This document shows, piece by piece, positions 41,501-55,800 of a stretch of 64,000 nt of DNA; position 1 is the stretch's first letter, and each line of letters begins with the position of its first letter. Made by a program: the position numbers and the translations under genes. This DNA comes from Bugula neritina (lineage: Eukaryota; Animalia; Bryozoa), in the NCBI GenBank assembly GCA_964035545.1, contig OZ037768.1:22539319-22603318 (forward strand). Reading direction: 5' to 3'. The notes under the pieces were generated by a model. That model saw nothing but the letters and a program-made list of their open reading frames with translations, ran no database searches and was not told the origin of the DNA.

Positions 41501-43549
41501 ACGGCAGACGGAGAATTACTCCGATATTCCTCTCCCCTCCCCCGGCTGTTGCGTGAGTACTCTAGACTGTGCTCTAAGCATACCTCTCGCTCAGGCATGA
41601 ATTATGAGGCAAAGTTTAAATATATCTGTTAATTTTCACTGCAGATAAATTTTAAACAAGTGTTACTTTAATTTTACGAAATCTACTCAATGCTTTGAGT
41701 TAGTAATCAGCTGTTGTGACGAATATGTTGCAGTGACATAGCTCCTCCCATATTCACGTCCACCAATGAGATAAGTAAGATAGTCATAGAGCACGCCTCC
41801 TCAGATGATGCTTCCCTGTTTGCCAGACCTCAGGCTAACGAAAGTAAGTCCCCTGTAACTGTTGGTAAGACTCAGAACAAGGCAGCAGACAGTGGGGAGG
41901 ACGACAACATGGCTGCTATCAAGGTACGTGTAGTACACACACCACAATACACACACTACAATAAACACACTACAATACACACACAACGCGCACATTACTA
42001 TACACACATAATACACACACACGTACACACACACGCGCGCAAACTACACACAGTCAATAATCATTAATTACTTAAAATCAGAAAATTTTCAAAGTGATAG
42101 TACTAAAAGAATTATTGCTAGATTCTGCATCAAAGAGTTGTCCTTTCTATATTAGAGATGTTGAACTGGTTAGAAATGCTTTTATATCAACATGAAGTAG
42201 AATAGGTGGTGCATATAGAATTACGTAAGCATCAAAGTTATTGAAATTATTGCTATGCAATTATAAATCATAACAGCAGAAACGTTCTGATATGAAATAT
42301 ATTCACTTGACCTATTTATCACCAACAGCCAATGAGCTGTGCCGAAGCCAAAGCAAGAGCGTCGCCATCCAAGCAGAAGTTGAATGAACAGACCAAGTAA
42401 GTTTCTTTCTGCTCTGGTGCCTCATAGTCTCACTGCTACTCGAGTCAGTTCTGTAGCGTATGTTGGGGATATCTTCAGTACATACATTAGCATATGGGAT
42501 ACACGTTTAGCTTAAGGTCTATTGCCCGTGTCTTTGCAGGGCCGCCAAGTCAAAGACCTCCCAGGTTTCATCTACTAAGTCCACAGCAGAACCAGCTAAA
42601 GAAGTTATAAATAGAATAGCTGTGAAGAGGAAAGCTCCACCGCCCCAGGCCAGCAAAAAGTCTAAGAAAGATTCATCTAGTCCCGTCTCTACCTCCACTG
42701 CTGCCTCCACTGTTGCTGCTGCTGCCACTCCCGGCACTGCTGCCAGCTCAGTATCGACTACCTCAGTACAAGTAAGTGCAACCACTGTAAATATAATGAT
42801 TAATGTGAGTTAGTGTAATGATTACTGTAAGCTGTGGTCTGTCCTTGTGTAGCTTCAGTACCTAAACTTCTAGTCATGTATCATTCAATGCATCCAATAA
42901 ATACATTATTTTAAATTAATTATGTATTGTGAAAATTTTTGTACAAATTAGAATAGCTAATTTTTTTAAATTGCTGAAATAAGGAATTCGATAAACTCTA
43001 TTCTTATAGGTTTCTTTTACTTCTCTAGAACTAAGCCCATTGATTGTAATTGTTTAATGTTTCCATAGCAACTACCTTCAGAAGTTGCCGTGTCGCCTCT
43101 TCCAATAAAACACTTGAATCTCCCAGTACCTGAGGTTAAGAAAACACTGACCTATCAGGTGAGCCATTACATTTCTTCTTGTTGGCTAGAGATCAATAAA
43201 ACATTCATTGGCGCTGAAGAGGTCATGCGTTGATTATGCTGTATGCAGGTTTCCGATGGCGGCTGGACACTAGACATCTCCGTAACAAACAGTCATGTCT
43301 CAGCAGGCTCTCAGTCTATTAGCTCTCTCCGCTGCACCTCTCAAGACAACTCCTGGTCAGCCATGTTGAATCAGTCTATAATCTCTGTACAGGCCAGCAG
43401 GTGAGGTTCAATACCTGTTCAATACATGTTCAATACATGTCCAATACATGTCCAATACATATCCAATACATGTTCAATACATGTCCAATACATGTTCAAT
43501 ACATGTTCAATGCTAGCTGAAATCTAAGAATCTCATGTCTAGCATTTTT

Positions 43550-43585
<36 letters not shown>

Positions 43586-46014
43586 GTATCCTAGGAATTG
43601 CGGGAGTTGTTGTCTTTCCTGTTTTTTGATTTCCTTTAAAACTTGTGGTGAAGCTATTTTTAGAGCTATTTTTACCCTCAACTGTTGACTACCTTGTGTG
43701 TTATTTTACTTTGTGTAAAGTCCCTTCACAATAATATGATATGTAATATATATAATATAATATAATTATATTATATTGTATTACTATACTATTATAAATA
43801 TAAGGTGGTGTACGTTACAGGCACCTCGTATGCATATCCTGTAAAGACCACCTACTCTCTGTATATAATACTAGCGGACAAACTCTCTTGCCTTTTATCA
43901 AACTGGACTCTGATGTTTCCTATTTGTGTGTAAATAAATATCACTGTATGATCATAACTAGTGCATCTCTCCTCTCTCTCTGGTAAGTTGTACGTTGCAA
44001 TCAGTCGGCATACGATTAGTTCAACTTCAGTTTTATACATGGTTATATTTCTGTTTCATTCAACTCGTGATGGCTTTGTTTTTAAAGTTTATAATATTTT
44101 TGTAGTTATTGTATTTCAGAGAAACATCTGTAAATGGTTGCCTGTGTGTGTTTGGGTAGCAAGTGTCAAAGGAAATTAATTCAAGGGAATCGTAATTAGG
44201 AGTTGTTCTCTATTCACATTAAATTTGAGAGATTTTGTTATTCAAACTTTTCCCTGTTTGATTTTCCTGCTCTTTTGTGAGTTTATAGATTGACTGTTTT
44301 TTCATTCAGGGATTTTCAAGCAATGCGTTGCGTGCTAAAGTCAATAGACCTCTCTCCCTTATTGCGTTCAACTAACAGTTGTAACGGGAAACCTGTAAAA
44401 AAGATATCATTGAGCAGATGTTTCCTGTCCGAGACAAATATACCGTGTGTTCTTCTCTCAAACTCCAACTCCTACATCTACCACGTGGACCTGCAGAGCT
44501 GGTAGGTTTATTATTCTCTGGTAACACTATCAACTTTAATACACAGTTACAAATGTGGTAGGTTTGCTATTTTTTAGTAACACTAATAACATGTAATATA
44601 TACTTTGCGGGCTTAACAAGCTGGTAGGTTTACTATTGTGTGGTAACACTAGGTACTCGTAATGTGTTTACCTCTGAAGATGGTAAGTTTACCATTTCAT
44701 GATAACGATTATGACACATAATTTATACGTTGTGGTAGGTTCACTATTGTCTGGTGTCTTTGCATTGCTTATAAAATGATGATTGTATCGTCTCGTTTTA
44801 GGCTGCTGTTTAATCAAAGTGATGATATTATTAGACAATACTCTAGTCATGAAATAAACGCTAAACCCGAGACCTCCGTGTTTGGGGAAGTGACTGCCTT
44901 GTCCGCTCGACTTTGCAGGTATTTTGTGTGCAGCAGTGTTTCCTGTGATGTGTGCTACAGTGTGTATTGCTACAGTATAGTACAGTATCGTATCTATTAC
45001 AGTGTGCTACAGTATGTATTACAGTATAGTACAGTATAATATATATTACAGTGAGGTATAGTATGTATTACTACAGTATAGTACGGTATCGTATCTATTA
45101 CAGTGAGGTATAGTATATTATATATTACAGTGTGATGTAGTATAATATATATTACAGTGTGGTATAGTATATAGTATGCTATATAATATTCCAGTGTGGT
45201 AGTGTGGTATAGTATATTATATATTACAGTGTGGTATAGTATAATATATATTACAGTGTCGTATGATATATAGTATGCTATATATTACAGTGTGATTATA
45301 TACATTGTGATGTAATATAATCAGTATTTTTACCAAGCACATGTTCTTCATATATACATGTATTTGTAGTTCTATTTCTGACACCTCGCCAAGTCACATG
45401 ACCAAAACAGATGCTGCCGTACACGAGCAATGCACGCTGTCGCACATCCAGCAGCAAATGGCTGTTTGTAGAGCCATGAACAGTCCTTCGGAGTTTAAAG
45501 TCTGGCTTCTGGCGTACATCAGATATCTGACTAAACACGGTGAGATAGTTCAACTGCTGCCTTCTGCCAATAGCTAATTGTGATTGGCCAATATATGTTA
45601 GCAATTTGCTGACTCTTTATTCTGGTACTTTTAGACAAGGAGTCTACTCTCAGGGAGTTATGTTCTCAATGTGCTGCATCTGTCTACAAGTCTGTTAAGT
45701 CTTCTGTAGCCTCAGCACCATCTAATCTCTCACAGCCTTCCTCTAGTACTCAGCTGATGGTATGTGGGTGATTTATTTCTTAGCGTAATGATATCTCGAG
45801 TATTTCTTATAACTGTGTTTCTTATCGTAAGAAGATACTAGAAATACTTCAACTAAAAGGCTTAAAGTCAAGCTTCACTTTTTTGTTTTAGAATTTAGAC
45901 CGAGTAAGCTTGCTACGTGAGTTGTTACCCATCATTGGATCTAATCTGAAGTTACAGAGACTCTACACAGAATACAGTGACATCCTAGATATAATGCAGT
46001 CGGGGTTAGGCTGA
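35511..46014 (+). CDS. HIRA: Histone H3.3 chaperone HIRA, 24 exons, ~1017 aa
   Basis: Exons 35511-35547, 36782-36844, 36952-37144, 37230-37321, 37664-37759, 38150-38367, 38781-38891, 39227-39343, 39662-39732, 39814-39919, 40135-40320, 41084-41140, 41467-41552, 41734-41923, 42329-42396, 42540-42771, 43069-43158, 43249-43400, 43821-43982, 44310-44501, 44802-44918, 45370-45539, 45635-45759, 45892-46014 (3054 nt). MKILKPPWVNHNDKPIFSIDVHPDG start; WD40 repeats ([48 protein letters not shown]); B-domain KQIETRTKDGRRRITP; C-terminal NLKLQRLYTEY. Confidence 0.96.
37330..37635. repeat. 29-bp minisatellite (ACTGTATATCCTGTACTATATACTCTTCT), ~10 copies filling HIRA intron 4
   Basis: Tandem array occupying nearly the whole intron 37322-37663. 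Confidence 0.9.
43408..43510. repeat. 11-bp tandem repeat (CAATACATGTY), ~9 copies
   Basis: Direct reading, just after the HIRA donor at 43400. Confidence 0.9.
44945..45320. repeat. Degenerate minisatellite (TATATTACAGTGTGGTATAGTA-like)
   Basis: Repeated TTACAGTG/GTATAGTA units in HIRA intron 21. Confidence 0.75.
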
Positions 46015-46860
46015 ACTAGTCTCCCCCTTTACTTTAGGAATAAACTGCAAATTACGATGGACCTAATTCACAATCACCATGCATGTCAAAGCAATCCACT
46101 GTTTCTGGAGTTATCTTCTTCTAACTGTGACTAGTGTTTGTATGAACTTAACCTCTTTTGGCTGGTAACGATTTACATTTTTTTAACATTTTTTTCTATG
46201 CAAACCTATTTTTTGGTAATAAGCGAGGATTTTGCAATAAATTTATTATGGCATGTGTAGAATTTCTCTTAGTATATACACTATATATCGATTTTCTTAT
46301 TTCAGAAATACATGCGTAGTTTCCATTCTATAAAATTTGTTTATTGAACTGTGTGCTAAAATCACATTGATTTGTTAACGTAGAACTGGGCGGAGCTTAG
46401 CAAAAATACAAAATCAAGTAAAAAATATGAAATTTAACAAAAACACACTAATTAGAAGAAAACTTCAAACTAATGGAGCTGAAAGCCATTGCATGTACAG
46501 TGTGCATTAAAACAATTGAACTAAAATAAAACACAAAAAGAAATTGCCAAAAATATACAAGATCACAAGAAATAAACAATAAATACTACAATATATAATA
46601 TGTATTATGATAGCTAGCAGTTTTTCTTCACAAATAAACAAGAGCTCTACAGCTTAAGGGACTGAGTGTAAAAATTATATAAAAAGGCATGACTATTTTT
46701 TTCTTTATTTATTAATTTTAGTCATCACCTGGAATATAATTACTGGTAAATATACTAATTGCAATGACAAAAAGATGAGTCATCTACACATACAGGTCAA
46801 TGGCAAGAGTCCAAAAGAGTGAAATAAATGAATTCCTGCAGCTCAACAGTTTGAGTTTGT

Positions 46861-49800
46861 TTAGAGATCAATAGCCCAGGAGTTTTTATCGGCAAGATTT
46901 GTGCGTAACTTATCCAGTTCGTCCCGCACTGCTTTGAGGCGTTCATCCCCGCAAGACTCACATGATCTCGGTCTTGATGACAAAATGTCTTCAATTTCTA
47001 TCTGCAATTGCGTAAAGATTATAGATATATAAAACTTGTGGTGGTATGTATTTTATAGTGATCATTTGTGGAGAAAACAACTTCTATTACATAAAACCAC
47101 AATTAGCCTTTAGTCTCCGATACATTAAAAACTATAATTTATTTAAATAATAATTATTATTATTAAACTTTTTCTAAGGCAAGTAATTGTTAATAACAAA
47201 CAGCATCATTTGAATTTAAACTATAATAGTTATTATTATTTAAGTTATACATCAAATTATCCAAAGATGTTACATTGGTTGGATTGAGTTTTTTTAAATA
47301 TTTAAAATAAAGAATAATAATAGAAATATAGTAGCTCACAATCGTACCAAGCAATTCTTTAGTAATATATTCTCTTTCCTGTAAGACTCTATCATATCAG
47401 ATTTATATTTAGATCTTGCAGACGGATTCTACAACAGACATTATCATACAACTAGTCTGGCTGGTAGGTTTATTGGTTAGCATTCTACAGAAAAGCTACA
47501 ATTTCATGTTTTGTATATGGAATAGTAAGTATAGCCTGAAAATGCAGTTACAACAACCTCAGTCTTGTAAGAAACAATGTCATTACAGGAGAGGGCACAA
47601 CTCTCCATTTCACACATTTACTCAACATGCAGGCATTTAGTTTTCTGAATAGTAAGTCTTCTGTACCAGATTAAAATCTTCACATGTGCTTTTACTTAAA
47701 TTTACAAGAAATAATTATTAATTCGGATGCTTATAGAGAATATAATATTTCTGCAGAGAAAGTGCAGATAAGTGCTAGAAACTTCCATGCTATAGAAACT
47801 ATGAAGAAACCAGATTGACAGATAAAAACATTTAATGAAAGATAATAAGTTCAAATTATTGCTATTTGAAAGCTAATAATGATTTCTTAACACGGAGTTC
47901 CTAATGAGGAGTTATGCTCTCTAATAAAATAGCTTTATTCCCAAACTTGTACATGAAATACCCAGTTAGAAGCATTATTAGCACCCTCCCTACTAAATTA
48001 TCTTACCACTCGTGAAGCAGTACTTCTCTCGATGTCTTGGTAGCCCCAGATCTCTATGCTAAGATCCTGGTTGACTACATAGTCTTGGAAAAGATGGTTA
48101 GCGTTGGCAATAGAGATCATTTGATTCAGATTGTACACTGGGTTGATTCCGGACTTGGGTTCGCAGAGATATGGCTGATTGTGGTCAAAGAATGCAAACT
48201 TACACCACGTCTGTAAAAATGCAGAGTCTTGCATTTAAAGCTGTTGGAATGAGGTCATTTAAACTATGGCAAGACTTAATTAATTTAATTATACACAAAA
48301 AATTTTTTGTTTCTAAGTGTGAATCGTATTTCAAAGAGAATACAAGGTTTTAAAAAATAATCATACTAATAATTTGCAACTAGTAATTTTATTTCTAAAC
48401 AACAAAACCTTCTTTTAAATAATTACATTACAAAGTTTAATGAAAAGAATAGACAGTTGTTAAAAAACCGAAACTTGTTTGACTTAAAAAAGCTCAAGCA
48501 GTTGTATTATTGTAAAAATCTGCAAACATCAATAATAATTTGCTTTCTACAAATCCAGATTCTAGTAGCTTACCTTGGTGAAGTTACTTGGAATGTTAAA
48601 AGCCTGTAAAACTTGAATCTTGAAGTGAAGATTTTTCCCAATCTAAAATAAAATAAATACTCAAAACAAAAAATTTCTAGTCAGCATAAAAGTAGTCTCT
48701 CTGTGTGTGGTCGCTTAACACTTAACATAGACTGTGTTTCACTCACCAGATCGGTGGGCTCGTCAATATCATAGTCGTGGTCCTCGTTGCCTTCTGCATC
48801 ACAAGGAGTTATCTGCACCTCCAGACTTCCAACACGTTCTGCTTCGTAGTTCAGCATTACTAGAGTGTCTTTATATGGAACCATCATAGAAAGAGCCAAA
48901 AGTGGAATAGCTGCGATACCCAGCAAACATTCGGTCTCAGGTGGCTCGTAATATGGGTCCTCAAGCTATACCAGTTTTAACAATTACTAATGAAACTTTC
49001 GCAAGTTCACATAGCTATATGTTTATATTATAAACTACTAGTTACTATATTGTATTATATACTAGTTACTATACTGTATTATATACTAGTTACTATACTG
49101 TATTATATACTAGTTACTATACTGTATTATATACTAGTAACTATACTGTATTATATACTAGTTACTATACTGTATTATATACTAGTTACTATACTGTATT
49201 ATATACTAGTAACTATACTGTATTATATACTAGTTACTATACTGTATTATATACTAGCTACTATACTGTATTATATACTAGTTACTATACTGTATTATAT
49301 ACTAGTAACTATACTGTATTATATACTAGTTACTATACTGTATTATATACTAGTAACTATACTGTATTATATACTAGTGACTATACTGTATTATATACTA
49401 GTTACTATACTGTATTATATACTAGTTACTATACTGTATTATATACTAGTAACTATACTGTATTATATACTAGTTACTATACTGTATTATATACTAGCTA
49501 CTATACTGTATTATATACTAGTTACTATACTGTATTATATACTAGCTACTATACTGTATTATATACTAGTTACTATACTGTATTATATACTAGTAACTAT
49601 ACTGTATTATATACTAGTGACTATACTGTATTATATACTAGTTACTATACTGTATTATATACTAGTTACTATACTGTATTATATACTAGCTACTATACTG
49701 TATTATATACTAGTTACTATACTGTATTATATACTAGTAACTATACTGTATTATATACTAGTGACTATACTGTATTATATACTAGTTACTATATTGTACT

Positions 49801-52800
49801 ATATACTAGTAACTATACTGTATTATATACTAGTAACTATACTGTATCATATACTAGTTACTATACTGTATTATATACTAGTTACTATACTGTATTATAT
49901 ACTAGTTACTATACTGTACTATATACTAGTTACTATACTGTATTATATACTAGTTACTATACTGTATTATATACTAGTTACTATACTGCATTATATACTA
50001 GTTACTATACTGTATTATATACTAGTAACTATACTGTATTATATACTATACCATATACTGTATTATATACTAGTTACTATACTGTATTATATACTAGTTA
50101 CTATACTGTATTATATACTAGTTACTATACTGCATTATATACTAGTTACTATACTGTATTATATACTAGTTACTATACTGTATTATATACTAGTTACCTC
50201 ACTATACTCATCAAGCACGTGTTCCCCCTCTGATATATATCTGCCGTACTGGTCCATCATAACCCCCTGTCTCTTCACAAACTTCTCAGTGCCCCACATA
50301 TACACATTTCCCGTGTTCTGATCCATCATTTTGATGTATATCTGGAAGCAGGTAAAAGCACTCTCGGCTACATGAAAACCATCTTGTATTCTAATTGCTA
50401 CATGAAAACTATTTTACTATACCAACCTAGCTGTCCAATAAAAACCATTTGAGTCTAAATGATAACATACATTTTACCCAAAGCAACCAAGTTGCTAAAC
50501 TAAAGCTACTCATTTGCTAAACTAAAGCTAGCAAGTTGTTAAACTAAACTGATACTCATCAATTAAATTCACTCCAACCCCAGCCATAAGAGACACCCAA
50601 ATTTAACTTTTAGTAGTATATAAAGCATTATGTACGCTGACCTCATTTCGACCTTCACTGAGACCTCTAGCTAAAGGGGAGACAATTACCACCTCAAACT
50701 TATAGCCTTTGGAGAGATCTTCAGCTATAGCTGTGGCGTCTCGCACTAGAGGTAGTATGGAGAGAACCTCATGCTTCAGAGTCTCGTCTGCAGTGAGTCA
50801 TAATATGGATACAGGAAGTGTGCGATAAAAAGTGAGAAAGTGGGGATAGGAATGCACACTAGACTATAAAATTTTACTATTCATCAGTGGATACAACGCT
50901 TGAACTATCACCAGTAAGGTTCTAAACAGCTGTGATACTAATGTGTAGACAATAAGAATATGTTTGTATAATTTACAGTACATAGCAAATAACCATACTT
51001 ATTGTACATAATCATGATAGAAAAAATACCTAAAGGAATACTATGTATATGTAAAGTTATAATCAGTAGAATAATATATTACAGCTATAACAATCAACAG
51101 GGAGTTAGTGCTGGTCTTTCAAGCAAACCTGTATTCAGTAGAACTACAGTAAAAGAGAGCAGTTACAGAGTACACATTCCAGAATATTCGTATGCTCACC
51201 ACCCTCAATACTCTCTACAAACTGGCGGGACAACTCCTTCTGTGCAAACTCGTAGGAAATTGATTCCAGCTTCTTTCCTTCCTTTTTAAACTTGGCAACT
51301 TTTCTGGGATCAGTGATGACAAAAATAGCGCGGTCCTCAAAGCAAACTCTATAAAACATAGTCTAAACAGTTGTTCAGTCTGCAAATAATATAATCTCAT
51401 GTAATTATCACTGAAATCTAACAGCATCACAACAACTTGGAACTGTCTAACATTAATCCAACACTTTTTCATTTAGAGTTATCTTATTTTAAAATAGCTT
51501 CCACGGTAACTTTGATGTCTACATATTAACTCGTGGTAGTATAATATTATATAACTATTCGCCATGAAACAGCGAGTTTGCCAGTGTATTTCTATAGAGG
51601 AAATTTCTGTCTCTTAAATGTTGCAGTTGATGTTGCATGTTGATATGCTGGCACATTTTGTTGCTCAAAGTTTCGAGGTAGGTGCGATAATCAAGAAGCT
51701 GAAAAAAGCCTGTGTTCCAGAGTAGAGATGTAGCAAATGAATTTATGTTTTCGCGAGAATTTTAACCCGCGTCCCAAACCAAAATTTAATAATAAAATTA
51801 AGGAGCTTAGGCTATCTCAATTTTTCAGCAACTGCTCCTAAATGCCAGTCTATCACTGTGATAGACTGAGTACCTATCATTGTGATGCAGTGACTTTTTA
51901 TCCTTGACCTCTTTGCCATTCACACAGACTTTGCCCTGCTGCCGAGTTATACTCATTTTGCCATCCACAAACTTTATGACAGCATGCTGCTGATAGTAGC
52001 CAGGGCCTGACAGTACAATGTCAGCTGCAGGTTCAGCTTTAGTATTGCCTACTAGCCTCACTTTACCTGCAGTGTATATACAGACACTATAACTCACTCC
52101 AAAAAAATACACCATATTTTATTTGATGCAAAATATGCAAAAGAAGTTCATAGTCAATATTTTTAAGATACGAGTGATTATTGAAGTTTAAATATTTTAC
52201 AAAATAGCTGAAAATACACAAAAGATAATGCACCAATTCATCAATTGAATAACCAAATATATTTCATTAGATTAATATTTAGCAGCTGCCACATACCCTC
52301 AGGGAGGAAGTGAATAATCTTAGCACATAGACTTAGATCTTCGTTTAAGTTCCACAGATATGGAACTCTGTCCTTCTGCTTTTCCTCGGCCTCCAACTCA
52401 TCAATTCTCTTCTGCTTAGCTTCTTGCTCTCGTGATAAACGCTCAGCCCATGACGTCTGCAAGTCTTCCATTTCTTGTTTATATCTGAAATGCAACAATG
52501 GTGACACAACTCCCACGTGAACAAAACTGGTTGGACGGAGCTGAATATTATATTATACAAACAAGTTGAACAACCAGACATTTTGGTGTAGTAATAGATC
52601 GATTTCAATAGCCTCAATTTTTTAACTGCTTGCTTTTTCTTAGGGGTGCAGGTTAAAAATCTCATAAAAGTATTACTTCTTTATCTATCTTTCTCATCTA
52701 TAACAGACCTAATGCAAAGTACTTAGGATATTTAATAACCAAATGTTTTCAAAGATTTAATGATTAAATAAGCATTATGGTTATGACTAACACATTGAGC

Positions 52801-55800
52801 CTTGAGTCTACAGGCTATATGAGTCATTGGGTGACTCATATATAGACCAAAGTTTATATATGAGTCATCCAATCATTGACTCACAAGTGAAATAAGTCAC
52901 ATGACTACCAACTCACCAGCTCAGGGGTAAAGTCTACTGCCAAGTTATGCTAAGATCTCAAGTGAATCACAACGACGTTACAAATGAAAAAACTTGCTAC
53001 ATGCTTAACTTGCTCCAGAACAGCAGAATACCTGTTGATTTGTTCTTCGTATTCAAGTTTAGCCTTAGTAAGAGCCTCGGAGCTAAGACCAGCAGCTGCT
53101 TGTTTGCGGGACATCTCCAACTCGTACAGTAACCTCTCCTTCTCCTGAAGCAGTTCTTTGACTAACTGATCAGTAGCTGCCTGATTGACATGAGCCTGGT
53201 TTTTAATGCGCTTCGTACGATCAGCTAAAAAAATTATATGTTGCTTAAAATTTCTTCAAATTGAAGCAAAAGAGAAAAACCTCCAACTGTGTGTTAGCAA
53301 AGTTCATAAAAAATTGAAACATTTTTTCTGTATTCAATTTAAAACTTTTTCTCAATCATACTATATTTTACTGGAAATATAGAAATCAGCACAGCTAGCA
53401 TAGATCTTACAATCTCATTGTGAAAATACCTACATATGTATGAGGTTCCATAACACTTGTTAAGATAATACGCGAAACAATGACGATCAAAGATGACATC
53501 GACAAGTATTATCACATGACTGCTACAAAACTGAAGGTGATTGTCATTAAGACTTACCACGATTGTCACTTAAATTCACTATGACTGTCACAAAACTTAC
53601 TTTGACATTCACTAAGACTTATTGTGACCCTTACTTAAATTCATTGCGACTGCCACTGTAATTGTCACGGTGACCGTCACAAAACTCACTGCAACTGTGA
53701 CCACTCACCATATCTAAGAGTAGAGAGTGTTTGCTCGTAATTCTCTTGTGCTGGACTAATAGTAGCTACCATGGTAGCCTTAGAGTTTCCTCCCAAGGCG
53801 TTCTTCAACAGCATGGTGAGCTTAGAGTCACGGAAATTCACGTGAACTTTCTTGCCTGCCTGCTTTTTCACCAAAGCTGAAAATCAAAAGCTAGTAATTT
53901 GCATATTAAAGTACATAAAATACATAGACAAAGTAATAATTGCATATAGTAAAAGAATACCTTCTACCACATATAAGTAACATTTAATCAATCGGCAAAA
54001 GAAACCGTATATGTTTTATGGAAAACTAATGATCACTCACCTTCAAGAACATTACCCAGAGATGTCAAGGATTTATTAATATTAGTTGACTCTTTAAACC
54101 GATCGCCAATCGCACCAGTTTGACTTTGTCTTTCACTACCAAATCATACACAGTTACCAGTTAATTCACTAGTACCAACTGAAAAATTGCTAAGTTTCAG
54201 ATAACACAATGTAGATAATTCAACATAGAGTTGCAAAAACCTACCTTCCAGCTAAATCCACCAAGTTGATGGCCGCAAACTTTGTGATATTGCCAGGAAA
54301 GTTCTGCCGCAAGTGTACCGTGACAATAGTGTGGGCTCTGCTGCTCGTCTCGTTCATGCGTGTAGCAGCAAGACTCCTGTTTCGATCGCCTTCTGCGAGA
54401 CTAGCTTTGATGGCCTGGTAGTCGGCCACAGGTCTTACGGTCAGACCATCGGCTGCAAGTAAGTGCAAGGTGTGTTGAGATACTAATATGTATGTACGTA
54501 TGAGCATATTTGTGTATCATGGAAATTGCATCATCAAAATGGTGGTAGTCTAGTAAAACTTGTATTCTAGGCATTGTGGTTCCAGTAAAGCTATATTTAC
54601 AATTGTAGCTTAGACATAGTTGTAGTTGTATTCTAGGTTCTAGCTTTTGTAAATAGGCATCATTGAGTTACATGTTAGTTGCAGTTACTAAAATTTTCAA
54701 TAACGCTGTAGAGTATGCTATCAAAACGAACCCACTTATTTAGTGCAAATATATTGCAGTCAATAACATTGCCTATACAATATTGAGCTGTCTTTTAGTA
54801 TAACATATATTTTAACTTTAAAATGCAAACTGTACAATAAATTTGATCTCTTCCGGTCGAAGATATGTCGCATTAGTATTACATTGCATAGAGTATTAGT
54901 ACTACACTGCATAGAGTATTAGTACTACACTGCATAGAGTATTAGTACTACACTGCATAGAGTATTAGTACTACACTGCATAGAGTATTAGTACTACACT
55001 GCATAGAGTATTAGTACTACACTGCATAGAGTATTAGTACTACACTGCATAGAGTATTAGTACTACACTGCATAGAGTATTAGTACTACACTGCATAGAG
55101 TATTAGTACTACACTGCATAGAGTATTAGTACTACACTGTATAGAGTATTAGTACTACACTGCATAGAGTATTAGTACTACACTGTATAGAGTATTAGTA
55201 CTACACTGCATAGAAAACAAGTATTAAAAGTGTATAAATATATTCACCAAAAAACCCAGTTCGATCATGACGTTCCCGGAGAGTTAAAGATCTCTTGACT
55301 TTGCCTCTCTCTAAACTAAGCAGATCTCTTACTTCTTCATTGTAAATCTCCAGCATACTAAATGTAACCTCATAAGATACATCAGATTTGCCCCGATTAT
55401 TGATTTGAGTGAATAGATTAGAACAGACTTGTGGAACTAAGCCTATAAATAACAGAAATGAGGCTATCCGTGAGGCAGGCCTAAATTTGTTTTAAAATAA
55501 CATAAAGTTTTTTATAAATAAAATAAATCAAAATCATTATGTCAACTAATATATTCTGTTGATATTTTAAAAATATTCAATATTCAAATTAAGAGTAAAA
55601 GTGGTCAAACTAAAAGTGCATTAGCAAAAAGCAAATTATTTGTGATGATTTCAATATGATAGCCTACCCAAGTTAGGCTCATATCCCATGATTGTGTAAG
55701 ATTTCCCACTACCAGTTTGTCCATAAGCAAAAAGAGTGCAATTGTAACCTTTCCATGCATTTTCCAACAAGTCACTTCCAATTTCTTGGTAAACACGGTA

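Noticed and set aside
48990-50321. 443-aa ORF of (ILVTILYY)n
   Set aside because: Translation of a 24-bp minisatellite whose unit is a multiple of 3 and lacks a stop in one frame; it is antisense to a kinesin intron and exon, with no coding signal.
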